The notes: generated by a model not told the origin, from the sequence alone. Positions 1 to 8,646 are shown, counted from the first letter of the stretch. The stretch: 30,662 nucleotides of DNA from an uncultured Candidatus Bathyarchaeia archaeon (GCA_964383685.1 CAYLJH010000001.1:2806-33467); one strand, 5' to 3'. Made by a program: numbers and translations.

Positions 1-1332
1 GGGCAGCACGGGGCTGTTCACCATCCTGATGATGAAGTTCATCTCTGCCTTGACGTCCATCTCAAGGACGTCCACATCGCCGTGCTCCATGGTCGCGTAC
101 GGCGTGTGCCACCACCATCCTCCTCCGCTGTAATTGACGTGGGGATCGTAGAGCTCCTCGGGTCTGCTTGTGGTGATGCTCACGTGGGGCATACCGGTGC
201 CCCAGAAGCTCCCATCGCCTGCCCTCGTGGCCCACCGGAAGCTCTCGACGACCTCACCTGTGACCGCCTTGACGCTCTCAAGTGCCGCCTCCATCACCTC
301 GGTGACCTGTATATCCCTGAACTTGGTCGCACCCTCGGTTCCAGGGCTGTCGATGTTATAGCTCGCTATGCACCTGTGACGCAGCTCGTGCCACCTGAAA
401 TCATTGTACCAAGTTGAGCCCGCGTACCTGCCTATCTCGTGGCCCGGCCAGATTACTATCCTGACGCTCCTCCGCAGGTGCTCCCTCTCCGCGCTGATGA
501 GCCGCGCCAGCTCCAGCACCGCGACGTCACCCGAGAGGTTGTCAACCACGCCGGGGCTGAACGGCGGCGTGTCAACGTGTGCGTTGACGAGGATGAACTT
601 GTCAGCCTCCACGTTGCCCCTGATCTCGGTCTCCAGGAGCGGGATGGACTTCCAGCCGGTATCCATCTCGGAGATAATATGCGCCCGCACGCCTCCCTTC
701 TTCACGACTTCCCTGAGCTCCTGCCCGTCGCTGTTGCTGATGTGGAGCACCGCGGGGATCGTCTGGATATCATGGATGTTGTCCGAGGTTGGGCTCCCTG
801 AGACGCTGAAATCTGCCCTCTGGTGCATGACAAAATCCTTGTAATCGTCCTGCTCGATGACTACCAGGCCGGCGATGCCCATGTTTTGAAGCCTCAACAG
901 GAACCCGGCCCTGAGCCCCATCCAGTCACCGCTTGTCTTCTGCTCGCAGAGAACTATCTTGCCTCTGCAGTCGGCGTAACCCAGCTCCTCGGGCGGGATG
1001 TAAATCATCTCGGCCTCGAACCCCTCGGGGCCTGTTGTGCCCACCTGCCTGTAAGGCGTACACTTGACCTCCATCTCCAAGGGGGACACCACTTTGAGCC
1101 GGCTGTACTTGGGCTGGCTCAGGTATGCCTGGAACCTGTGGACCCTGCACTCCATGCCGTATCCCTCAAACTTTTCCTTCATGTACTGGATGGCGCGCTC
1201 CTCCTCATCGCTGCCGCTGAGAATCGGGGCTATCTCCATCATCTCGTCCCAGTTCCTCAGCATCAACCCCTTGTCGATGCCCCTTTCAAGCCTCCCAAGC
1301 AGCTTGACGGTGTCATCGTTTAGAATGATCAT
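1..1332 (-). CDS. M28-family metallopeptidase with PA domain (3' end runs off window; absent from ORF track)
   Basis: Hand translation from ATG at 1332 stays open to base 1. MIILNDDTVKLLGR... contains NAHVDTPPFSPGVVDNLSG..VLELAR, WPGHEIGRYAGSTWY, NIDSPG and WWHTP, which match M28 Zn-ligand motifs. Confidence 0.85.
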   Translation of the reverse strand, partial: MIILNDDTVKLLGRLERGIDKGLMLRNWDEMMEIAPILSGSDEEERAIQYMKEKFEGYGMECRVHRFQAYLSQPKYSRLKVVSPLEMEVKCTPYRQVGTTGPEGFEAEMIYIPPEELGYADCRGKIVLCEQKTSGDWMGLRAGFLLRLQNMGIAGLVVIEQDDYKDFVMHQRADFSVSGSPTSDNIHDIQTIPAVLHISNSDGQELREVVKKGGVRAHIISEMDTGWKSIPLLETEIRGNVEADKFILVNAHVDTPPFSPGVVDNLSGDVAVLELARLISAEREHLRRSVRIVIWPGHEIGRYAGSTWYNDFRWHELRHRCIASYNIDSPGTEGATKFRDIQVTEVMEAALESVKAVTGEVVESFRWATRAGDGSFWGTGMPHVSITTSRPEELYDPHVNYSGGGWWWHTPYATMEHGDVDVLEMDVKAEMNFIIRMVNSPVLP

Positions 1333-1421
1333 AGAAATACCGTGCAACCGGGCATCCTTAACGTTTGCCAGCCTGTTAAGCACCTTTTTTAACCGTCATG
1401 TAAAGGATCAATTGACTTAAT

Positions 1422-1799
1422 ATGGGATCAAAAATAGGCGACAAGGTCCAGTCAGCCGACTGGAAGAACGAGAAACACGTTCCAGCAATCACTGGCCCCG
1501 ACTCAGTCAAGGCAGGGGAGTGGATAAAACTCAACGTACGGGTCGGAAAGGAGATAGCCCACCCCAACACGGTGGAGCACCACATCAGGTGGATCCAGGT
1601 CTACTACACGCCAGAGGGGGGAAAGTTCACGTTCGACCTCGGCAGGGCCACGTTCAACAGCCACGGCGAGGGCCCGATAACCACGGGCAGCAACGCTGAC
1701 TTTCACTTCACGGCCAGCGCATCGGGCACCATCAACGCCGTAAGCCACTGCAACATTCATGGGCTCTGGGAGAGCAGCAAGAAGCTTACCGTCTCCTAG
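1422..1799 (+). CDS. sor: Superoxide reductase (neelaredoxin / 1Fe-SOR)
   Basis: EKHVP, HPNTVEHHIRWI and CNIHGLWE iron-site motifs; 125 aa. Confidence 0.92.
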   Translation: MGSKIGDKVQSADWKNEKHVPAITGPDSVKAGEWIKLNVRVGKEIAHPNTVEHHIRWIQVYYTPEGGKFTFDLGRATFNSHGEGPITTGSNADFHFTASASGTINAVSHCNIHGLWESSKKLTVS

Positions 1800-1828
1800 T
1801 TTTTCTTATATACTGTAACCGTATATAT

Positions 1829-1848
1829 CGCAAAAAAAATTTTTTCGC
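1829..1848. terminator. Putative bidirectional A8/T6 terminator between the convergent sor and tRNA-Pro genes
   Basis: cgcAAAAAAAATTTTTTcgc gives a T-tract on both strands. Confidence 0.4.
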
Positions 1849-1902
1849 ATAATACCAGTGGCGGGAGCTAAAGAAGCCGTTTTAGGGCTTGTTTTAAAGA
1901 AA

Positions 1903-1979
1903 TGGTGGGACCGCCCGGATTCGAACCGGGGATCTCGCGATCCCGAACCGCGAATCGTACCAAGCTTGACCACGGCCCC
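1903..1979 (-). tRNA. tRNA-Pro(CGG), CCA encoded, no intron
   Basis: Reverse complement folds as a cloverleaf: acceptor GGGGCCG/CGGTCCC, anticodon arm CGCGG-TTCGGGA-TCGCG, T-arm CCCGG-TTCGAAT-CCGGG, 3' ACCA. Confidence 0.95.
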
Positions 1980-2028
1980 GCCGCATTCAAGCGTGGCGTA
2001 CTTATCTAAAAAAGATTCGGAAGGAGGC

Positions 2029-3078
2029 TCAAGCCTCGATAACAGCGTCCCTGATCGTCATGTTCAGCACCGTCTCCGCGATGTCCGCGCCGTACTCGGC
2101 TGTCCTGGATATACTCTCGATGATGAGCCTCAGGGCAGGGATCTCGTCGGGGTTTGCCTGCTTCAGTATCTTGTGTAGGACCTCGGCCTCCATCTCACGT
2201 GTCTTGAGCTCCATCTCCAGGACCTCGTCGGCCTCGTTATAGTCCTCATCGAACACGGACTCCATGGCGTTCTCGAATACCTCCAGCGCGAACTCGCTGA
2301 GACGGGTCAACTCGTCCAGTATCTCGTCGTTCACGGTGGTGAGTGTGAGTGCAAGCCTGTTCTGGGCGATGTTCACGGCGTGGTCTGCCATCCTTTCCAC
2401 GGATTTTGTGATGAGCCTGTAGCCCAAGCAGTCCTTGGGAGATTTCAGGCCACTCTCCTTCAGTATATGACCGTCACTGACAGCGACCTTGAGGAGCCTG
2501 ACGATGTACAGGTTGAACCTGTCCACCTCGTCGTCCATGGCCACAACCTCCCTTGCCAGGTGCGTCTCGTCCATGCCGAGGGCAACGATGGCGTCCCTGT
2601 GCATAGCTGCTGCGATGACGCTCATCCTGCGAAGCGCGTCCTTCACCGATAGCTCGGCGTAGCTCAGCAGCACCTGGAGGGTGAGGTCATGGGGCAGGTC
2701 TGATAATATCTCGGTCCCCACCAGTTTCTTCCTGGTAAAGTCCTTGACCTGGAACTTGACGCCGCTGCTGAGCCTCTGCTGGTTTGACCGGAGCTGCAGG
2801 ATGTTGTAACCCATTAGATAAGCGGACACGACCCTCCGCACTATGCTCCCAGGAGTGTCATCGGCTGCAGGAGTGATAATGACCTTACGTTGATTGTCCT
2901 GCGAGTCGGCCCCCTGAGGGGTTATAATCAGGGTCATATCATCCCTCTGAGTGATCTTGACTACGCTTCCACGCTGGAGACCCATCTGCCCGACCCAGGG
3001 CTTTGGGAGCGAGATGATGAAAGTTGATCCGCCCGTAACCTGTACCTTTCTCAGTTCCTCTCCAGCTGTTGACGGCAT
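2029..3078 (-). CDS. phoU: Archaeal phosphate uptake regulator (N-terminal AbrB-like DNA-binding domain plus PhoU repeats)
   Basis: RKVQVTGGSTFIISLPKPW N-terminus; DDEVDRF and KSVERMADHAVNIA PhoU motifs; SRTAEYGADIAE second repeat. Confidence 0.9.
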   Translation of the reverse strand: MPSTAGEELRKVQVTGGSTFIISLPKPWVGQMGLQRGSVVKITQRDDMTLIITPQGADSQDNQRKVIITPAADDTPGSIVRRVVSAYLMGYNILQLRSNQQRLSSGVKFQVKDFTRKKLVGTEILSDLPHDLTLQVLLSYAELSVKDALRRMSVIAAAMHRDAIVALGMDETHLAREVVAMDDEVDRFNLYIVRLLKVAVSDGHILKESGLKSPKDCLGYRLITKSVERMADHAVNIAQNRLALTLTTVNDEILDELTRLSEFALEVFENAMESVFDEDYNEADEVLEMELKTREMEAEVLHKILKQANPDEIPALRLIIESISRTAEYGADIAETVLNMTIRDAVIEA

Positions 3079-3109
3079 AATATCTCCTAATTCCCTAAAT
3101 CAGGCACGG

Positions 3110-3190
3110 GATAGATATAGTTAATGGAAAAATATTGCCTAAACGTGAAAACTATATAGAAAATATATGGTTTTATTGATTATATCGATA
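3110..3190. promoter_or_regulatory. AT-rich divergent promoter region with repeated TATAT elements
   Basis: CTATATAG palindrome at 3152-3159, further TATAT at 3164 and 3181, between divergent phoU and the phosphoesterase gene. Confidence 0.4.
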
Positions 3191-3251
3191 AAAAAGCCGT
3201 TGGTATGACACCTCGATAACCCATTTATCTCAGCGAGTGCCTGAATAAGAT

Positions 3252-3968
3252 ATGAGGCTGGCTTTTTTATCGGATATACACGCCAATCAGCCAGCGTTAC
3301 TGAATGTCATCGATGATATCGCGAACCAAGAAGTCGATAAAACGTATTGCCTGGGAGACCTTGTGGGATACGGCCCGACCCCAAACCAGGTTATTGATAC
3401 GATACGTTTCCTAAGGTTTCCTACCGTCATGGGCAACTATGACGAGGGCGTTGGGTTCGACCGAGGCGATTGCGGGTGCGCGTTTGTCACGGACGAGGAC
3501 AAGATAAACGGCCAGACGAGCATTGAGTGGACTACAGAAAGGGTCACCCCGGAGAACAAGGAGTTCCTGAGAAAACTCCTTGGTAAGATAAAGTTCACGG
3601 TAGACGGACTCAGATTCCTCCTAATCCACGGGAGCCCAAGGAGGATCAATGAGTACCTCTACGAGGACAGGCCCGAGGCCAGCCTGATGAGAATTCTTGA
3701 TCCACTGGACATTGATGTAATGGTCTGCGGACATACTCACAAGCAGTATCATATAATGGTCGCTGGAATCCACATCATCAACGATGGAAGCGTCGGTAAA
3801 CCCAAGGATGGCGACCCGAGGGCATGTTACGCGATATTAGACACCGATGATGAGCTGTCCGTGGAGTTCAGGAGAGTCGAATACCCAATAGAACTGGTGG
3901 CTGAACGAATAATCGACGCGGGTTTACCCAGGGCGTTCGCCAATATGCTCAGGACTGGCGGCAAGTAA
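3252..3968 (+). CDS. Calcineurin-like metallophosphoesterase
   Basis: SDIHAN, GDLVGYG, GNYD, HGSP and GHTH motifs; also carries DCGC. Confidence 0.9.
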   Translation: MRLAFLSDIHANQPALLNVIDDIANQEVDKTYCLGDLVGYGPTPNQVIDTIRFLRFPTVMGNYDEGVGFDRGDCGCAFVTDEDKINGQTSIEWTTERVTPENKEFLRKLLGKIKFTVDGLRFLLIHGSPRRINEYLYEDRPEASLMRILDPLDIDVMVCGHTHKQYHIMVAGIHIINDGSVGKPKDGDPRACYAILDTDDELSVEFRRVEYPIELVAERIIDAGLPRAFANMLRTGGK

Positions 3969-4003
3969 CCGGTTTATATCCAACCGTTCAACTCCCTCCC
4001 CGT

Positions 4004-4465
4004 ATGTACGATATAAAGGACCTCGTAGAGTGCTCAGAAGACGTAGTTGAGTACATCGAGGCAAGCAAGGAAAACGCGCCCAAATTCATGGAGCAGTACG
4101 AGGCATACAAGCTTGAGTGGGAGGCAGCTACCAAAATCAAGTGCCACGCCGACAAGTACACGGTGTTTGCATTCAGCGCGGAATGGTGCCCCGATTGTTA
4201 CAGGAATATCCCCATCCTTGCTCAGATTCAGGAGAGGACTGGGTTGAAGACCCGTGTCTTCGGTCACCTGAAGAGGGACGCCAAGAACCCAAACAACCTG
4301 TGGGCATGTCCACCAAGCCCTGTGCAGGTTAACGAGTTCAAGGTAGTCAAGATACCCCACATGTTTATCGTGAACAAAGAGGGAGAGGTCGAGGGGGAAA
4401 TAATCGAGAACCCTCCTGAGGGCAAGCTCCTGGAAAGGGCGATCCTTGAGATCCTCGAATCCTAG
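4004..4465 (+). CDS. Thioredoxin-family protein
   Basis: WCPDC active site; cis-Pro-like KIP segment. Confidence 0.85.
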   Translation: MYDIKDLVECSEDVVEYIEASKENAPKFMEQYEAYKLEWEAATKIKCHADKYTVFAFSAEWCPDCYRNIPILAQIQERTGLKTRVFGHLKRDAKNPNNLWACPPSPVQVNEFKVVKIPHMFIVNKEGEVEGEIIENPPEGKLLERAILEILES

Positions 4466-4498
4466 ACTTTTTTATACCAACCACCCTATTCCTGAAAC

Positions 4499-5062
4499 AT
4501 GATCCAGCTTAGCCCAGGCACCGTCCTGTACGTTTTCACCGCCAAGGACGGCAGGGAGGTTATCCTCAGAACCCCCAAGTGGGAGGACCTAGATGACGCC
4601 CTTGAGTTCATCAACAGCCTCGTCGAGGAGGATGCTATGATCCTCATGAACACCAAAAAGACCAGGGAGCAAGAGATTGACTGGCTCGCGGATAACTTGA
4701 AAAAACTTGAGAAGGGAAAGATTATCATGATCGCCGCCGAGGTCGATGGGCGAATGGTTGGAATCGTTGAAGTCAGACCTCACTTTGGAAAGATGAGCCA
4801 CGTTGGAAGCCTCGGGATCTCAATCAAGAAGGAGTACCGAGACATTGGCATCGGTTTTGACCTCATGAAGGAGGCTGAGAAACACGCCATCCACATGAGG
4901 CTCAAAACCATGCAACTAGAAGTTTTCGAAAAGAATGAGCGAGCCATCCATGTCTATGAGAAAATGGGCTACAAAATAACAGGAAAGATTCCCGAAGGCG
5001 TCCTTCAAAACGAAGAGTATATGGACGTCTTGATCATGACGAGAAAACTCCCCTCATCGTAA
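4499..5062 (+). CDS. GNAT-family N-acetyltransferase
   Basis: ISIKKEYRDIGIG acetyl-CoA motif A; NERAIHVYEKMGY. Confidence 0.88.
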   Translation: MIQLSPGTVLYVFTAKDGREVILRTPKWEDLDDALEFINSLVEEDAMILMNTKKTREQEIDWLADNLKKLEKGKIIMIAAEVDGRMVGIVEVRPHFGKMSHVGSLGISIKKEYRDIGIGFDLMKEAEKHAIHMRLKTMQLEVFEKNERAIHVYEKMGYKITGKIPEGVLQNEEYMDVLIMTRKLPSS

Positions 5063-5111
5063 TCAGGACGGTTTCAGATACCTTATTAAATAAACTAATA
5101 CTTTGTAGATT

Positions 5112-5179
5112 GGAGATAGGGATGAGTGTGTATCACTTGGACTGGACGGGTTCCTCCTAAGCGAGGAAACTGATTTTTG
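5112..5179 (+). ncRNA. Candidate small transcript (C/D-box-like sRNA or 12-aa sORF)
   Basis: TATA-like ttattaaa about 5083-5090; GATGA 5121-5125 and CTGA 5170-5173; hairpin TTCCTC/GAGGAA; T-tract 5174-5178. Confidence 0.3.
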
Positions 5180-5248
5180 TAAACCCCCTAGCTCGTACGC
5201 CGGCACTGTAAACCGTTATAGTGCTGTCCATACAAGAGGCGAACAACA

Positions 5249-6385
5249 ATGACAGATAAACCAAAACAGGAAATGGTAGTGACTCCCTGGGAGGTCAAGG
5301 GTGACATCGACTACGACAAGCTCATAGTGCAGTTTGGGGTATCGAGTATGACACCTGAGATCGAGGACAAGATTGCAGAGCACGCCGGATACAAGCACCT
5401 CCAGCTGAGGAGAGGCGTATACCTGAGCCACAGGGACACGGGGTGGTGGATCAAGGAGTACGAGAAGGGAAACAAGGTAGGGCTCTACACGGGCAGGGGG
5501 CCCTCGGGAAACGTACACCTGGGCCACCTGGTTCCATGGTTCTTCTGTGCATACCTCCAGAAGGCGTTCGATGCCGACATGTACTTCCAGATGACGGATG
5601 ATGAAAAATTCCTCCACAGGAGCGACTTGACGCTTGAACAGGCAGTGGGATTCACCTACGAGAACGCGCTGGATGTAATCGCCTGTGGGCTGGACCCGAA
5701 GAAGACGCATATCTTCAGCGACACGGAGGACATCGGGCACCTGTACAAGATCGCGCTGAGGGTCGCCAAGAGGATCACGTTCAGCACGGCGAAGGCTGTT
5801 TTCGGCCTGAATGACAGCGATAACATAGGTAAGATCTGGTATCCGGCCATGCAGGCCATGACCTGCTTCCTCGAATCTGACAGGGAGGGAAGGAACATCC
5901 CGTGCCTGATTCCGGCGGCCATCGACCAGGACCCATACTGGAGGGTAACAAGGGACATCGCCCAGAAACTCGGGTACTACAAGCCTGCCCAGATACACGC
6001 AAAGTTCCTGCCGGGGCTTGCGGAGGGCGGAAAGATGAGCGCGAGCCAGCCGGAGACAGCTATATTCACCACTGACCTGCCCAAGGTGGCGGGAAAGAAG
6101 GTCATGAGGGCTTTCACGGGGGGTAGGGACACCGTCGAGGAGCAGCGCAAGCTGGGCGGCAGGCCCGAGATATGCAACGTCTACGCTTACTTCTACTTCC
6201 TATTCGAGGACGACGACGTGGCACTGGTGGAGAGGGAGACGTCCTGCAAGAACGGTGAGATTCTCTGCGGTCATTGCAAGAACGAGCTGTCCAAGAGGGT
6301 TGAAGCGTTCCTAACTGACTTCCAGGAGAAACGGGAGGCGGCTAGAGAGGTTCTCGACGAGTTCCTCATCAAGCCCGTGGAGTGA
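5249..6385 (+). CDS. trpS: Tryptophanyl-tRNA synthetase, archaeal/eukaryote type (canonical copy)
   Basis: YTGRGPS..HLGH (HIGH), QMTDDEK, IDQDPY, KMSAS (KMSKS), AFTGGRDTVEEQRKLGG anticodon region. Confidence 0.95.
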   Translation: MTDKPKQEMVVTPWEVKGDIDYDKLIVQFGVSSMTPEIEDKIAEHAGYKHLQLRRGVYLSHRDTGWWIKEYEKGNKVGLYTGRGPSGNVHLGHLVPWFFCAYLQKAFDADMYFQMTDDEKFLHRSDLTLEQAVGFTYENALDVIACGLDPKKTHIFSDTEDIGHLYKIALRVAKRITFSTAKAVFGLNDSDNIGKIWYPAMQAMTCFLESDREGRNIPCLIPAAIDQDPYWRVTRDIAQKLGYYKPAQIHAKFLPGLAEGGKMSASQPETAIFTTDLPKVAGKKVMRAFTGGRDTVEEQRKLGGRPEICNVYAYFYFLFEDDDVALVERETSCKNGEILCGHCKNELSKRVEAFLTDFQEKREAAREVLDEFLIKPVE

Positions 6386-6386
6386 G

Positions 6387-7478
6387 GTGTATCAGGTTAT
6401 TGTGGCCAATAAAGCAGTCCTCACCCCATGGGAAGTCTCGGGCAAGATAGACTACCATCACCTCATCGAGAAGTTCGGCACAAAAACGCTCAACCAGAGT
6501 GACCTAGATCGAATGAGGGATCACTCAGGGCGGCTTCATTTCATGCTACGCAGGGGAGTTTTCTACTCGCACCGTGACCTGGACAAGGTCCTTGACCATC
6601 ATGACAGGGGCGGCAAGTTCGCGTTGTACACGGGCAGGGGGCCCTCGGGGCCCGTTCACCTTGGACACCTCGTCCCATGGATGTTCACGAAGCACCTTCA
6701 GGACACTTACGGCAGTAAGCTGCTGTTCCAGTTCACGGACGACGAGAAGATGCTCCTCAGGGAGGATTTTGATGAGACGATTACCAACCACTGGGTACAC
6801 GAGAACGCGTTGGACCTGATGGCGCTTGGTTTTGACCCTGACAACACTGAGTTCATCGTGAACATGAGGCACACCTCAAAGTTGTTCCCCATCGCCCTCA
6901 AGGTGGCCAAGAAGATCACAGGGTCTACGCTGCGGGCTGTCTTCGGGTTCAACGACCAGTCAAACCTCGGGATGATGTTCTTCCCGTCGATGCAGGCGGC
7001 GCCTTGCTTCCTTGAATCGGAGAGGGCGGGCGAACCGGTTCCCTGCCTGGTACCCGCGGGGATCGACCAGGACCCATACTGGAGACTGACGAGGGATATA
7101 GCTAGGAAGCTTGGATACCCAAAGCCCGCCCAGATTCACGGGAGGATGCTGCCAGGGCTCACGGGGAACGCCAAGATGTCATCAAGCCAACCGGAGACGG
7201 CTATTTACATGACTGATGTGCCGGAGCTCGTGGAGAAGAAGATAGAGTATGCCAATGTTCCCGAGGATAGAGTGAACTGTCCACTCTTCCAGTCCCATTA
7301 CTTCCTGCTGACCGAGTCAGACGAGGAGGTTGAGTGGCTCCGCGAGGAGTGTGTTGCGAACCGCAAGTCATGTCAGGAGTGTAAGATGGAGCTATCGGAG
7401 GATGTCAACCGGTTCCTCAAGGCCCACAGGAGGCGCAAGAGGCTCATCAGGAAGAGCGTGGAGAGGATGCTAGAATAA
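6387..7478 (+). CDS. Second TrpRS paralogue with remodelled anticodon-binding domain
   Basis: GTG start 1 nt after the trpS stop. YTGRGPS..HLGH, QFTDDEK, QAAPCF, IDQDPY and KMSSS are intact; the AFTGGR...GG segment is absent. Confidence 0.9.
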   Translation: MYQVIVANKAVLTPWEVSGKIDYHHLIEKFGTKTLNQSDLDRMRDHSGRLHFMLRRGVFYSHRDLDKVLDHHDRGGKFALYTGRGPSGPVHLGHLVPWMFTKHLQDTYGSKLLFQFTDDEKMLLREDFDETITNHWVHENALDLMALGFDPDNTEFIVNMRHTSKLFPIALKVAKKITGSTLRAVFGFNDQSNLGMMFFPSMQAAPCFLESERAGEPVPCLVPAGIDQDPYWRLTRDIARKLGYPKPAQIHGRMLPGLTGNAKMSSSQPETAIYMTDVPELVEKKIEYANVPEDRVNCPLFQSHYFLLTESDEEVEWLREECVANRKSCQECKMELSEDVNRFLKAHRRRKRLIRKSVERMLE

Positions 7479-7509
7479 GACATTTCCATACCCTCGCCAT
7501 ATTCTATCC

Positions 7510-7854
7510 ATGAGCATCGTCCGCAGGCTAGATTCAATTGAAGAGGCAGTGCATCCATTCCTGAAAAACGTAGGGATGAGGACCCTGTACTCAAAGAGGG
7601 AAGATAAAGGGGAGATCACTTGCTTTGTTGTCAGGTGTAAAGTGGGGTCCGAGATAGAGGAGCATATCCACGAAAAAGAGGCAGACATCATCTACGTCCT
7701 CAAGGGCAAGGCGACTATGTGGATAGAAGATAGGGGAGATTTTTCCCTTGAGCCCGGTATGTTCGTAGTTGTCCCAAAGGGACTGAGACATAGAACATAC
7801 GAAGTAGAGAAGGAGCTCCTCATCTACGATGTGTTCACGCCCCCGATGTTCTAG
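7510..7854 (+). CDS. Cupin-domain protein
   Basis: HIHEKEADIIYVLKG and VVPKGLRH cupin motifs 1 and 2. Confidence 0.85.
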   Translation: MSIVRRLDSIEEAVHPFLKNVGMRTLYSKREDKGEITCFVVRCKVGSEIEEHIHEKEADIIYVLKGKATMWIEDRGDFSLEPGMFVVVPKGLRHRTYEVEKELLIYDVFTPPMF

Positions 7855-7855
7855 A

Positions 7856-8617
7856 CTATTTAGCGGTCCAGCCGCCGTCAACGACGAGGCTTGCCCCGGT
7901 CATGAAGCTGCTGTCGTCGCTTGCGAGGAACAATACGGCTCTGGCCTGCTCTATGGGCTCGGCCATCCTGTGCAATGGAACCCCCTCTTCAAGGTAGTTG
8001 CGCCGCTCCTCTGGGTTGGGGTGGTCAGCTATGCCTTTGAGCGCAAGCGGCGTTGCTGTGATGCCAGGGCAGATCGCGTTTACCCTGATACCCGTCGATG
8101 CGAGGTCTAGGGCGAGACCTTTTGTCATCTGGACGACTCCGCCCTTGGCCGCGCCGTACGCGAGGAGGTTTTTCGCCCCAACAAGACCTATTTCAGAAGC
8201 GTTGTTGACGATGTTGCCGTGTCCCTGCTTCTTCATTATGGGCACGACGGCCTTTGAGCCAAGGAAAACTGATTTCAGGTTCACGTCAATGACCCGGTCC
8301 CACTCCTCCTCCGTAGTTTCCAGGCTCTTGTGGATGCTTATTCCGGCATTGTTGAAGAGGACATCAATCCTGCCGTACTCCTTCATCGTCTCCGCCACGA
8401 TCCGTTCCCACAAACTCCAGGACGAGACATCCCCGTGGATGAAAATTGCTTTTCCGCCCTTCTCGTTTATCTCGTCGGCGGCCTTTCGTCCCCTCGGCTC
8501 GTCGATGTCGTTGATGACAAGTTTTGCTCCCTCCTCGTTGAAGAGATGGGCGGTGGTGTACCCGATTCCCCTTCCGCCACCGGTGATGATGACGACTTTT
8601 CCGTCAAGCCTTCCCAT
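7856..8617 (-). CDS. Short-chain dehydrogenase/reductase (SDR)
   Basis: TGGGRGIG, NNAG, YGAAK and VNAICPG motifs; start placed at MGRLDGK (8617). Confidence 0.92.
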   Translation of the reverse strand: MGRLDGKVVIITGGGRGIGYTTAHLFNEEGAKLVINDIDEPRGRKAADEINEKGGKAIFIHGDVSSWSLWERIVAETMKEYGRIDVLFNNAGISIHKSLETTEEEWDRVIDVNLKSVFLGSKAVVPIMKKQGHGNIVNNASEIGLVGAKNLLAYGAAKGGVVQMTKGLALDLASTGIRVNAICPGITATPLALKGIADHPNPEERRNYLEEGVPLHRMAEPIEQARAVLFLASDDSSFMTGASLVVDGGWTAK

Positions 8618-8646
8618 AACAATCGAGAATAGGTAGGTTATTACGG

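Noticed and set aside
82-1420. Plus-strand ORFs 82-417, 404-844, 439-801, 823-1323 and 1064-1420
   Set aside because: Antisense shadows of the minus-strand M28 peptidase, which the track omits because it has no stop in the window.
5146-5170. tRNA-Arg(CCT) fragment or hammerhead ribozyme
   Set aside because: CTCCTAA is not flanked by a pairing anticodon stem, and the CUGAUGA/GAAA cores are not in hammerhead order.
5249-7478. Tandem trpS as an assembly duplication artefact
   Set aside because: The copies differ extensively in protein sequence and by indels; exact identity is limited to short patches.
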